Source: an uncultured Ruminococcus sp.
GTDB lineage: Bacteria > Bacillota > Clostridia > Oscillospirales > Acutalibacteraceae
Reading direction: 5' to 3'
NCBI GenBank assembly: GCA_964465535.1
Contig: CAYXID010000001.1
Coordinates: forward strand, 276-64,275
Length of the DNA stretch: 64,000 nt
Part shown: piece by piece, positions 20,400-29,409 of the stretch
Layout of the letters: every line of letters begins with the position of its first letter
How positions within the stretch are numbered: position 1 is the first letter of the stretch
The notes under the pieces: model-generated
Database searches by the model: none
What the model was told of the DNA's origin: nothing
What the model saw: the letters and a program-made list of their open reading frames with translations, nothing else
Program-made: the position numbers and the translations under genes

Positions 20400-20485
20400 C
20401 CTACCTTCAAGACCTTATTAGTTATTTATATTTTAATATAAATTCCAAAAATAATCAACCGAAAGATTTTAAATTCTTTGTAAAC

Positions 20486-21151
20486 TCAGTCTAAAATATC
20501 TTTTAGTCTTTTAAGAAGCTGCTTTTCTGTACGGGAAACCTGCACCTGTGTCATACCGAGAGCCTCTGCGACCTTTGACTGAGTATAGCCCTCATAATAC
20601 CGAAGTGTCATAAGACTTCTTTCCTTTTCACTCAAGGTTTCGAAGGCTATATCGAGGCTCAGCTTATTGGAAAGCTCGTCCTCTAAGCTCTCGCTCGGAA
20701 GGTCAAGCTCCTTTACGCCGTCATCCGAATTATAAGTCAGAGAAACGGTAGGTCTTGCAACACACAAAGCCTCTGTTATTTCTTCTACTTCAACGCATAG
20801 TGCGTCGGCTAGCTCCTTTACGGTAGGCTCACGGCCGAGTTTATTACTCAAAATATCCCTCTGCCGCACGGTTTTCAAGGATAGCTCTTTAAGGCTTCGT
20901 GATACCTTGATAGCACCTGTATCTCTGAAAAGTCTTTTTACCTCTCCCATTATAACGGGAAAGGCGTAGGTTGAAAAACATAGGCCTCGCTCACTATCAA
21001 ATCCGTCTGCCGCCTTTATAAGACCTATACAGCCCGTTTGATACAAATCCTCATAATCAATACCTCTACCCATAAAACGCTTACAGATAGAGTGTACTAG
21101 TCCTAAATTTTCTTCTATAAATTCATCCCTTTTTTGTCTTTCCTTAAGCAT
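20486..21151 (-). CDS. sigF: Sporulation sigma factor SigF
   Basis: Sigma-70 regions 2-4 (DLYQTGCIGLIKAADGFD; C-terminal HTH SKVAEALGMTQVQVSRTEKQ). It sits directly after spoIIAA-spoIIAB and overlaps spoIIAB by 8 nt. Confidence 0.9.
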   Translation of the reverse strand: MLKERQKRDEFIEENLGLVHSICKRFMGRGIDYEDLYQTGCIGLIKAADGFDSERGLCFSTYAFPVIMGEVKRLFRDTGAIKVSRSLKELSLKTVRQRDILSNKLGREPTVKELADALCVEVEEITEALCVARPTVSLTYNSDDGVKELDLPSESLEDELSNKLSLDIAFETLSEKERSLMTLRYYEGYTQSKVAEALGMTQVQVSRTEKQLLKRLKDILD

Positions 21152-21587
21152 TTACCGTAAATTTAGGTATAATGCGCTTAACCATTGTAACGGTCGTCCC
21201 CTTGCCGACCTTTGATTTTACGGTTATGCCGTCGGTAAAGCTTTGCATAACGGCAAAGCCGAGCCCCGCACGCTCACCGCCTACAGTTGTAAAAAGCGGC
21301 TCCATTGCCTTTTCTACATTTTCAATTCCGCAACCGTTATCTCTGATTTTAATCCTTATTTTATTTCCGTCTATTATTTCGCAGGTTATGTATATTTTAC
21401 CGATACCGTCCTTATAAGCGTGAACTATACAGTTTGTAACCGCCTCGGATACGGCGGTTTTTATGTCGCTTATTTCTTCGATTGTGGGGTCTAGCTGAGC
21501 CGCGAATGCCGCCACCACAGAACGTGCAAAGCCCTCATTTGAGGAACGGGACAGTAAATTCATATTAAACTTATTTGTAATGCTCAT
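21144..21587 (-). CDS. spoIIAB: Anti-sigma F factor (serine kinase)
   Basis: HATPase_c motifs (EAVTNCIVHAY; DNGCGI; GGERAGLGF). 147 aa, in operon position. Confidence 0.92.
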   Translation of the reverse strand: MSITNKFNMNLLSRSSNEGFARSVVAAFAAQLDPTIEEISDIKTAVSEAVTNCIVHAYKDGIGKIYITCEIIDGNKIRIKIRDNGCGIENVEKAMEPLFTTVGGERAGLGFAVMQSFTDGITVKSKVGKGTTVTMVKRIIPKFTVNA

Positions 21588-21614
21588 TTTGTTCTCCCTT
21601 TTCTAATGTGATAA

Positions 21615-21917
21615 TTATAATTTTGCAAGCTTTTCAAGACCTGCAAGCTTCATAACCTTATGAATATTCGGTGGTGCTCCTGTTATATGCAGGTCTGCAC
21701 CGCTTTTTTGAAGATTTCTGTATCTTCCCATAACAAGTCCAATACCTGAACTGTCCATAAAACTCACTTCGCTGAAATCCAACACCAATAAAGTCGGCAT
21801 ATTCAGTTCTACCGCACTGTCTATGCACTCCCTCATTTCCCTTGCTGAATGGTGGTCTATCTCTCCGCTTAAATAGGCCGTAACCACTTCACCCGTAACA
21901 TTAATCCTTACCGGCAT
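21615..21917 (-). CDS. spoIIAA: Anti-sigma F factor antagonist (STAS domain)
   Basis: 100 aa STAS protein with the phosphorylatable Ser context FMDSSGIGLV. Confidence 0.92.
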   Translation of the reverse strand: MPVRINVTGEVVTAYLSGEIDHHSAREMRECIDSAVELNMPTLLVLDFSEVSFMDSSGIGLVMGRYRNLQKSGADLHITGAPPNIHKVMKLAGLEKLAKL

Positions 21918-21929
21918 TTAAACACCTCT

Positions 21930-21981
21930 TTTTAAAAAATAACGGACAAGCCTTATATTATATAATAAAGGTTTGTCCGTT
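21930..21981 (-). terminator. Hairpin plus T-run downstream of folC, immediately upstream of the spoIIAA RBS
   Basis: 12 bp stem, AACGGACAAGCC (21941-21952) with GGTTTGTCCGTT (21970-21981, one G-U pair). On the minus strand it is followed by ATTTTTT. Confidence 0.55.
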
Positions 21982-22013
21982 AAATTTGTGTCGTATTAAG
22001 TTGTCGAAAAATA

Positions 22014-23237
22014 CTACTTTAGGTCTAATAAAAGCGGTCTTATTGCCGAGGCTAAATAAAGGGAGCCGAAAATCACAACCGTTTCGATTTTATCTCCCGA
22101 AAGTGCTTTTCTTAGCGCCTCTTTATAATCCTTTTCGCTAGAAGTATTACTGCAATATTTTTTAGCAATAGCCTCTAATTCTTCGGCTTTTAAAGACCTC
22201 GGTTGTCCCTGAACTTCAACCGCTATTACCTCTGAAAAATAAGGCAGAGTTTTAGCTAGCACTGCTTCACAGTCCTTATCCTTCATCATTCCAACTATAG
22301 CAGTAGCGTTTTTAATGCTTTCAAGCTGCCGTGATAAGACATCTGCCGCATCGGGATTGTGAGCGCCGTCTAGAATTATTCTGCCGCCCATAAAGGTTTC
22401 AAATCTTGCAGGGTGCTCAGCCTTTTTTATGCCCTTTTTAATGCTTTCGAGTGACACCGCAATATCAATATTATTGAATAATTCTATCACCGCAAGAGCG
22501 TTATCAATTTGAAATTCGCCTTTTAATGAAGTTTCGTAAACCTCGCCCTTATAAAAAAAATCGTTACCCGATAAATCACTTTTTATAATTTCAAGGGCAT
22601 CTATGTCGGGTATTATAAGATTTTTCGCTTTTTGCTTTATTACGGTAAGCGCCGACACATCTTGAGAGGCAAGGGTTACGCTAGGTCCCGTTTTTATTAT
22701 ACCGCACTTCTCTAATGCAATTTGCTCTAATGTATCACCTAAAACGGCGGTATGGTCAAGCCCGATTTTAGTAATGACTGATGCTAGATTATCCTCTAAA
22801 ACATTGGTTGCATCAAGTCTGCCGCCAAGCCCCGTTTCGATTACTGCTATATCGCACTTTTCCCTTGAAAAATAAAGGAAAGCAATAGCGGTTATAAGCT
22901 CAAATTCGGTAAGCTCTACCCCTGTATTTAAAACCTCTTCGGTAAGACGGCCGAGTTTTTCCTTTTCGATAAATTTGCCGTCAATTCTTATTCTATCCCT
23001 GAAATCGAGAATATAGGGAGAAGTAAAAAGCCCCGTTTTATAGCCCTGCTCGGTTAAAACCTCGGCTGTCATAACTGCTACCGAGCCTTTACCGTTTGTC
23101 CCCGCTATCTGTATTGAGGGAAAATCGTTTTGAGGATTAGATAATTTATTCAAAACATCTTTTATGCGTTCAAGTGTTGGGGGCAAAGAAAAATTGCCGA
23201 CAGAATGTATCTTTTCTAAAGCTTCGTTATATTCCAT
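22014..23237 (-). CDS. folC: Bifunctional folylpolyglutamate synthase / dihydrofolate synthase
   Basis: P-loop IAGTNGKGS and Mur-ligase-type motifs. ATG 23237 (MEYNEAL) is preferred because GGGGA lies 5 nt upstream. GTG 23255 is the alternative. Confidence 0.9.
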   Translation of the reverse strand: MEYNEALEKIHSVGNFSLPPTLERIKDVLNKLSNPQNDFPSIQIAGTNGKGSVAVMTAEVLTEQGYKTGLFTSPYILDFRDRIRIDGKFIEKEKLGRLTEEVLNTGVELTEFELITAIAFLYFSREKCDIAVIETGLGGRLDATNVLEDNLASVITKIGLDHTAVLGDTLEQIALEKCGIIKTGPSVTLASQDVSALTVIKQKAKNLIIPDIDALEIIKSDLSGNDFFYKGEVYETSLKGEFQIDNALAVIELFNNIDIAVSLESIKKGIKKAEHPARFETFMGGRIILDGAHNPDAADVLSRQLESIKNATAIVGMMKDKDCEAVLAKTLPYFSEVIAVEVQGQPRSLKAEELEAIAKKYCSNTSSEKDYKEALRKALSGDKIETVVIFGSLYLASAIRPLLLDLK

Positions 23238-23248
23238 CAAATTCCCCA

Positions 23249-24685
23249 CTAACACATTTTTATAAGGCGTATATAAAATTCAACTGCGCTCTTTACCGTT
23301 TCTATCGGAATACGCTCGTTGTTGCCGTGAATTAAGGCTCTCTCCTCGTTTGAGAGCGCCATTGCAGAAAATCTGTAAACCTTATCGGAAATTCTGCCGT
23401 AATGACGGCTATCAGAACAAGCGACCATTAAGTACGGAGAAACGATACTGCCTTTCCAAGTCTGTTTTATGGCAGTTGCTACCTTTTCGTAAGCCTCACA
23501 GTCTATTCTTGATACGCGACTAGGGTTCATTCCGTGAAGAATATTTACCGAAACATTCTCGTCTTTTACAACTTTTCTTAAATAACCGAGAGCCGAATTC
23601 ATATTATCTTCAGGGTTTAGTCTTATATTAGAAATCATAGACGCTTCAGGCGGAATAACATTAGAGGCGTCACTACCCTTCATTTGTGTAAAGGCTACTG
23701 TTGTACGCATAAGGGCGTTAAGCTCTCCGCCGCTTTTTTTACATATTAAATCGAGCACAGGCTTAAAGCAGAAAAGATTAGCGAAAATCATTCTGTAAAC
23801 AAAGGTGGAATGTCTGCCTAGCGTATCAAACATAGCGGCAACAGGCAGTGTAAGGTGAGACTTAAAGGGTTTTGCCTCTACCCTTGTACACGCCTTTGAC
23901 AAAACACCTACAGGTGTATGCGGTTTTGGAGAAGAGGCGTGTCCGCCCTGTGACTTTGCCTTATACTCTACATCCATCATACCCTTTTCGGCAATCCCTA
24001 TAAGACCGCAAGAACCCTTTACACCCGGAAATACATTTTCTACTACCGCACCGCCCTCGTCGAGCACTAATGCGGGTACTATATTTTCTTTCTCAAAATA
24101 ATCAACTATATTAACAGCGCCCTTGCCGTTAACCTCTTCGCCGCCCGAAAAGGCAAGATATATATCGTTTTCGGGTACAAAGCCCTCGGCTATGAGGGTA
24201 TCAACCGAGAAAAGCACCGCACTGAATGTAACCTTTGTATCAAGTGTGCCTCTGCCCCAGATAACGCCGTTTTCAATAATAGCGTCAAAGGGTGGTTTTT
24301 CCCACGCCTCCTCGTTTACGGGCACTACATCGTAGTGCGCCATTAAAACAGTAGGCTCGTTATGATTTTTGCCCTCCCATTTAAAAAGCAGAGCTCTGTC
24401 CTCGAGTTGTTTGTACTCACATTTTTCAAAAACATTTGGATAAAGCTTTGGCAACTTTGAAATTAATTTTTCAAATTCTGCATTATCTTCAAGAGACGGA
24501 TCTCTGTAAGAAACTGTTTTACAGCGCACAAGCTCGCAAAGGCACTCTACCGCCTTATCCAAGCTAAAGCTTACTTCGCCGAAATTTGTCTCTGCTTCTC
24601 TTTTGGGCTTAAAAGCGAGAGTTCTTACTATCAGCACCGCCAAAAACAAGACAATAACTGCCAAAATGCCTAAAACGATTTCCAT
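23249..24685 (-). CDS. M20/M25/M40 family metallopeptidase with an N-terminal membrane anchor
   Basis: N-terminal TM (MEIVLGILAVIVLFLAVLIV). M20 metal-ligand contexts MAHYDVVP, GRGTLDTK, GGEEV, LDEGG. Confidence 0.85.
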   Translation of the reverse strand: MEIVLGILAVIVLFLAVLIVRTLAFKPKREAETNFGEVSFSLDKAVECLCELVRCKTVSYRDPSLEDNAEFEKLISKLPKLYPNVFEKCEYKQLEDRALLFKWEGKNHNEPTVLMAHYDVVPVNEEAWEKPPFDAIIENGVIWGRGTLDTKVTFSAVLFSVDTLIAEGFVPENDIYLAFSGGEEVNGKGAVNIVDYFEKENIVPALVLDEGGAVVENVFPGVKGSCGLIGIAEKGMMDVEYKAKSQGGHASSPKPHTPVGVLSKACTRVEAKPFKSHLTLPVAAMFDTLGRHSTFVYRMIFANLFCFKPVLDLICKKSGGELNALMRTTVAFTQMKGSDASNVIPPEASMISNIRLNPEDNMNSALGYLRKVVKDENVSVNILHGMNPSRVSRIDCEAYEKVATAIKQTWKGSIVSPYLMVACSDSRHYGRISDKVYRFSAMALSNEERALIHGNNERIPIETVKSAVEFYIRLIKMC

Positions 24686-24687
24686 TT

Positions 24688-25362
24688 TTATAAAACTCCC
24701 TTTTTATACATTATACGCGCAACTGCAATTGTAAAAACAACGCCTACAGGCACCATTATACCTACCGTACCCGCATTTAAAGCAGGAACAAAAATAAATA
24801 ATGCAAGCATAAGGATTATTGGTGCTATCGAAAGTTTTAAGTTTTTAGAAACAAAAACTACTGCGAGTCCGCCGAAAAGTGCAGGTAACATCTGGTCAAA
24901 AGCGGGTTTTAATACGGGGGACTCTAAAAGGGGTGTCAAGGGGATTATGAGTATTACACCCAAAATTATAATAATTGTTGTAACTATACTTGAAACGGCA
25001 ATCGAAATAGTAGAAATAATTTCTCCCTCTTCAGAATTTGCCTTAACATCAGCCCTCTCCATTGCATCAATAGCGCAAGGAAGCTTAAGGTTTGAAATAT
25101 TACCCGTTACAAAGGAAAGATATGCACCGCCGGCGCCTAGCATCGGTATATATGTAAAGATTTCTACAATTCCTACCGCCCAATACATAGGTACAATAGC
25201 AATCATGGCTTTTGTCATAGCTTTCCACTGCGGAAAAACGCCGAACAAAACAGAAACTACAAGCGGTACTGCCAAAATTGCAAGACATAAAATTATTCCC
25301 CAAACAAAGCCGTCACGGTGAACGCTTTCAAGATATGTAAGAGATTTTTTACTGTTCTTCAT
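24688..25362 (-). CDS. Integral membrane protein, function unknown
   Basis: 224 aa with about 6 hydrophobic helices. Its RBS AAGGAGG overlaps the stop of the upstream gene. Only a 2 nt gap separates it from the M20 gene. Confidence 0.65.
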   Translation of the reverse strand: MKNSKKSLTYLESVHRDGFVWGIILCLAILAVPLVVSVLFGVFPQWKAMTKAMIAIVPMYWAVGIVEIFTYIPMLGAGGAYLSFVTGNISNLKLPCAIDAMERADVKANSEEGEIISTISIAVSSIVTTIIIILGVILIIPLTPLLESPVLKPAFDQMLPALFGGLAVVFVSKNLKLSIAPIILMLALFIFVPALNAGTVGIMVPVGVVFTIAVARIMYKKGVL

Positions 25363-25375
25363 TTTTTATGCCTCC

Positions 25376-26110
25376 TTATCCTAAAAGATTGGTTACAGGA
25401 ATAGCTGCCGCCATACCCACTACAAGACTTATCGGCAAAGCATAGTCGGTAAGCCATCTCTTTTTAAGCTTAATAGCAAGCAGACCGCAAATAGCCATAA
25501 CTATTGCCGAAACTCCCATTACTAAAACGGGTATAAGACCCGAAGTATCGCCCTTGAACACATTGGATACATCGCAGAAAACATATCCCAAAAATGCCGA
25601 TATCATACCGAGGAACATAGCATTTGAAAAGATTTCTCCCCACTTTTTATCGCGTTTTTCCATATTCTTAACGCCTTTTTGTATCTTCTTAGTAACAAAG
25701 GGTACAAGTACAAGACCTATTATAATACCGACAGTCATTACCCATAAAACCGTAACGAAGGCAGATGGGTCGGTTATAGTGTCGCCGCCTTTTAGTCCTA
25801 ACGCCTCAAGTGTGGTGTTGGCTGCTATTGTTTCATAGGAAAGGGAACCGATAACAGAAAGTCTAAGCCACGGTATCGGTATGCCTAAACTCTTCGAAAG
25901 GGTTATAACACCTACCAAAATCGCAACTGCGGGTGCTATTGTGAATATTGCCGCAGAGCTTATAGTGTTTTTTATAGTACTTTTCTCAATACCTAGTTCC
26001 TTAGCTCTTTTTACCGCCCTTATTAAAAAATAAACGGACTGACCGAGCACCAGTAAAATTACCGCCGCTACCATTATAAAAAGAATTGGATGATTAACGC
26101 TGAATTTCAT
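25376..26110 (-). CDS. Integral membrane protein, function unknown (possibly a DUF5058-like family, unverified)
   Basis: 244 aa with about 6 hydrophobic helices. First gene of the 4-gene minus-strand operon. Confidence 0.65.
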   Translation of the reverse strand: MKFSVNHPILFIMVAAVILLVLGQSVYFLIRAVKRAKELGIEKSTIKNTISSAAIFTIAPAVAILVGVITLSKSLGIPIPWLRLSVIGSLSYETIAANTTLEALGLKGGDTITDPSAFVTVLWVMTVGIIIGLVLVPFVTKKIQKGVKNMEKRDKKWGEIFSNAMFLGMISAFLGYVFCDVSNVFKGDTSGLIPVLVMGVSAIVMAICGLLAIKLKKRWLTDYALPISLVVGMAAAIPVTNLLG

Positions 26111-26190
26111 TTACCTAGACCTCTCTCTTTTGTTTTTATATTAATAATTTACCACAATTTTTTATCTTCTTCAACAATAAAATAAAAAGG

Positions 26191-26222
26191 TTCGAGCAAA
26201 GAATTTATAGTCCTTGCTCGAG
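26191..26222 (-). terminator. Probable intrinsic terminator after the GDPD gene
   Basis: Imperfect stem TCGAGCAA (26192-26199) with TTGCTCGA (26214-26221). A T-run follows on the minus strand (CCTTTTTATTTT). Confidence 0.5.
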
Positions 26223-26231
26223 CCTTATAAT

Positions 26232-27053
26232 TTAGGGATAAATGTCTTCAAAAATCGGGAAGACATTTTCTAGTTTTGCTTTATTTATATCATTTTCGTC
26301 TGTAATAGTCCAACCAACACTCTGCATTTTCCAAAGCTTAGTGCAAATTTTGTTGCTTATGGTAGCACGGTCGGAAAATTTGTATGCTATAAAATCGGGA
26401 CGCGTTAGAAAATTTGTAAAAAGCCCTGTCATCAAAAATTTTAAAACAAAGGGCGCTTTTGTTGTTTTCGATTTATAAAAATTTTCAGAAAGCTGTCCCC
26501 TTATAACCTCGGGTTTATTTTTATAAAACCAATAAATACACCTTGGGTCGAAGCTTTCTATACAATATGCACCGCTATATCCCTTTAGGGTCTCATACAC
26601 CCTCTCGCACAAATCATTTACATTGTTGCCGCTTGTTTTAAGCTCGATTATTAGGGGTGTTTTACCGTCTACAAGAGCGAGGGTTTGTGAGAGTGTAGGC
26701 ACCGTTTCGGCGGTTCCCTCAAGAAAATAGTTTTTCAAATCTTCAGACTTTAGGTCCTCTACCTTAACATCTACACCCGCTGTTCTAAGAAGTGAAGAAT
26801 CGTGTATTATTGCAAGCTCACCATCACTCAAAAGGTGAACATCAAATTCTATACCGTATCCCTTATCCACTGCTCGACGAAAAGCCTCTAGACTGTTTTC
26901 AGGTACATTTGTTTTATTATGAAGACCTCTATGGGCATAATAGTAACCCTTAAACTGTGACCAGTCTGCAAATCCTACTCTGCCCCTCAAAGAGAAAATG
27001 TAGAATATTATAAAAGCTATTAAAATTAAAAGAATAAGCGCTATAATTTTCAT
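26232..27053 (-). CDS. Glycerophosphodiester phosphodiesterase family protein, membrane anchored
   Basis: Start at MKIIALILLIL (ATG 27053) with RBS GAGAGGAA. GDPD motifs YAHRGLH, ENSLEAF and IEFDVHL are present. Confidence 0.85.
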   Translation of the reverse strand: MKIIALILLILIAFIIFYIFSLRGRVGFADWSQFKGYYYAHRGLHNKTNVPENSLEAFRRAVDKGYGIEFDVHLLSDGELAIIHDSSLLRTAGVDVKVEDLKSEDLKNYFLEGTAETVPTLSQTLALVDGKTPLIIELKTSGNNVNDLCERVYETLKGYSGAYCIESFDPRCIYWFYKNKPEVIRGQLSENFYKSKTTKAPFVLKFLMTGLFTNFLTRPDFIAYKFSDRATISNKICTKLWKMQSVGWTITDENDINKAKLENVFPIFEDIYP

Positions 27054-27069
27054 TATAAAATTATTCCTC

Positions 27070-28401
27070 TCAAGCTTCCGTATCAAAGGCTTCAAGTCCC
27101 TTTTTAGCCTGAATCTTATTATCGCCGTGATGTACATTACACATAGTGATATAAGCTAAAAAGACGAATATTGCAGCATAGGGGAAAAGCGAGCGATAGC
27201 TTACATTTTCAAGAAGCCAACCTGCAATAACAGGGGTTATTATCTGTGCCGACATACTGAAAGTGTAATAAAGACCTGTGAATTTTCCCACATCGCTTCC
27301 CGAACACATTTCTACAACCATCGGCAAACTGTTTACATTGATAGATGCCCAAGCAACTCCCACAATTGCGAAAAGCAAATATAAAACGGGGCTGAACTTA
27401 TCAAACGCTACTGTATATAAAAAGGCTGCCGCAAAGGCACTTGCCAAAAGGATTACGCCAAACTTTATAGTTTTGCGTCTACCTATCTTACTTGCAATAC
27501 TTCCTACAGGGATATAACTTACTATTGCACCTGCAGTAGCCACTGTAAGACACATAGTTGCCTGCCCTACTGCCATATCCCACTGACTTGTTGCATAGGT
27601 GGTAAACCAAGTGCTTACCGCATTATATCCTATAAACCAAAAAGCAATAGAAACAAGCAAGAAGCCAAGGCTTCGCTTTACCTCTTTAGGCATTACATAC
27701 TTTTCGTCTTCTGTCTTAACCGATAAATTTTCTTCAGGATGTTTCTCTTCGTATAAAGCCTGTTCTTTTAAGAGCTTAGGCTCATTAACGAACAGCATTA
27801 TTATAACCACGGAAAGCACCATAATGCCTGCCACAATTATGAAAATCGGAAGGTAATCTATATGTAAAAGACCTTCTGTTCGGGATTTTGAATAAAGAAC
27901 GCTTGTAAGTATAAGATAAATTACGCCGCCGATAGCACCCATCAAATTAATGACAGCGTTTGCTTTACTTCTGAGCGGTTTTGGTGTAACATCAGGCATT
28001 AATGCTACAGCGGGACTTCTGTATGTTCCCATCGCAACAAGAATTAAACCTAAGTTAACGATAAAAAGAATTGCCTTATATTTACTCGGGGCTGCATAAT
28101 AGCTGTTATCGAGTATAGGAAGCCCCATCATAAGAATAACCGAAAGAAGAGTTCCAAAAAGGATAAAGGGGCGTCTCTTACCCATACGGCTTTTGCATCT
28201 ATCTGATATTCCGCCAAAAAGCGGTAACAAAAACAGGGCAAGAACATTATCTGCCGCCATAATAGCGCCCGAATATGTTTCGGGAATATTAAAAGTTTCG
28301 GTTAAAATCATAGGTACTAGGCTATCATACATCTGCCAAAAACCGCAGATAGCAAGAAAAGCAAAGCCTATAAGGACTGTGCGTTTTGTATTAAGTTTCA
28401 T
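27070..28401 (-). CDS. MFS transporter (GPH / sucrose-permease-like)
   Basis: 443 aa, 12 TM-like segments. Loop motif GGISDRCKSRMGKRRPFILFG is typical of glycoside/cation symporter-like MFS proteins. Confidence 0.8.
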   Translation of the reverse strand: MKLNTKRTVLIGFAFLAICGFWQMYDSLVPMILTETFNIPETYSGAIMAADNVLALFLLPLFGGISDRCKSRMGKRRPFILFGTLLSVILMMGLPILDNSYYAAPSKYKAILFIVNLGLILVAMGTYRSPAVALMPDVTPKPLRSKANAVINLMGAIGGVIYLILTSVLYSKSRTEGLLHIDYLPIFIIVAGIMVLSVVIIMLFVNEPKLLKEQALYEEKHPEENLSVKTEDEKYVMPKEVKRSLGFLLVSIAFWFIGYNAVSTWFTTYATSQWDMAVGQATMCLTVATAGAIVSYIPVGSIASKIGRRKTIKFGVILLASAFAAAFLYTVAFDKFSPVLYLLFAIVGVAWASINVNSLPMVVEMCSGSDVGKFTGLYYTFSMSAQIITPVIAGWLLENVSYRSLFPYAAIFVFLAYITMCNVHHGDNKIQAKKGLEAFDTEA

Positions 28402-28467
28402 AAAGCATCTCCCAAACTTTTTTAAAAACGAAGATTTTTCATCGGTTATATATAATATAACACCTTT

Positions 28468-29391
28468 TTATGATTTACTCAATACTTCTTTTATAACTGC
28501 TTCAACAATTTTATCTATATCATTTTGTGAATATCTACCTTTACCAACAGAGCCGAAAAGCTCCATCTTTTTCATTGTTTCCTGCTTAATAGCTTCAACA
28601 GCCGCAGGAATAAGGTCAATAATACCCTTATCCATATTTGTAAATCTGCTGAACTCTGCCTTAACAGCAGCAACATTTATATCGGTAAAGATATTTACCT
28701 TGCTAATACCCTCTTTGATTGCCTGTCTGAAATCGTCATCGGTAAGACCCGAGCCGCCGTGAAGCACCAAGGGAACATTTACGGTATTAGCAATAGTGCG
28801 GATGCGCTCAAAATCCAATTTAGGCGGTAATTTATATGCGCCGTGAGCGTTTCCTACTGCAATTGCAAGTGCGTCAACACCTGTTTTCTCTACATAATCC
28901 TTTGCCATTTTAGGATCGGTAAAGAAAGCCGAAGGGTCACTCAAATGTGAGCTACCCTCTGCCGAGCCCTCATTATCACCAACATGGCCAAGCTCTCCCT
29001 CAATTGTAGCTCCAAAGGAATGGGCAATCTCTGCCATTTCCTTTACTTTTTTTACATTTTCGTCGTACGAATCTGTTGAGCAGTCATACATAATCGAGGT
29101 AAAGCCGAGCTCGAGAGCTTTAAGGCAGCTTTCCTTTTTAAGACCGTGGTCAAGATGTATAACAACCGGAACACTTGCCTTCTTAGCCATCGGAAGAAGG
29201 AAATATGATAATTCTTCTAATGGTCCGTACGGGAATAAAACTTCGGCCGTTCCCATAATGACGGGAGAGCCTGTTTTTTCTGCAGCGGCAATAATTCCTC
29301 TTGCAAGCTCAAGGTTTACCGCATTAAATAATCCTACTGCATATTTGCCTTTTTTGGCATTATACAGAACGTCATTCATATTTACTAACAT
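28468..29391 (-). CDS. Class II ketose-bisphosphate aldolase (fructose/tagatose-1,6-bisphosphate aldolase family)
   Basis: FNAVNLE, HLDHG, GELGHVG and LVLHGGSG motifs are typical of the FbaA/GatY/KbaY family. Confidence 0.9.
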   Translation of the reverse strand: MLVNMNDVLYNAKKGKYAVGLFNAVNLELARGIIAAAEKTGSPVIMGTAEVLFPYGPLEELSYFLLPMAKKASVPVVIHLDHGLKKESCLKALELGFTSIMYDCSTDSYDENVKKVKEMAEIAHSFGATIEGELGHVGDNEGSAEGSSHLSDPSAFFTDPKMAKDYVEKTGVDALAIAVGNAHGAYKLPPKLDFERIRTIANTVNVPLVLHGGSGLTDDDFRQAIKEGISKVNIFTDINVAAVKAEFSRFTNMDKGIIDLIPAAVEAIKQETMKKMELFGSVGKGRYSQNDIDKIVEAVIKEVLSKS

Positions 29392-29409
29392 TTATAACAC
29401 CACCATTTT

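Noticed and set aside
28193-28762. 189 aa plus-strand ORF spanning the MFS/aldolase junction
   Set aside because: It is antisense to two well-supported minus-strand genes and crosses their intergenic gap. No RBS or motif supports it.
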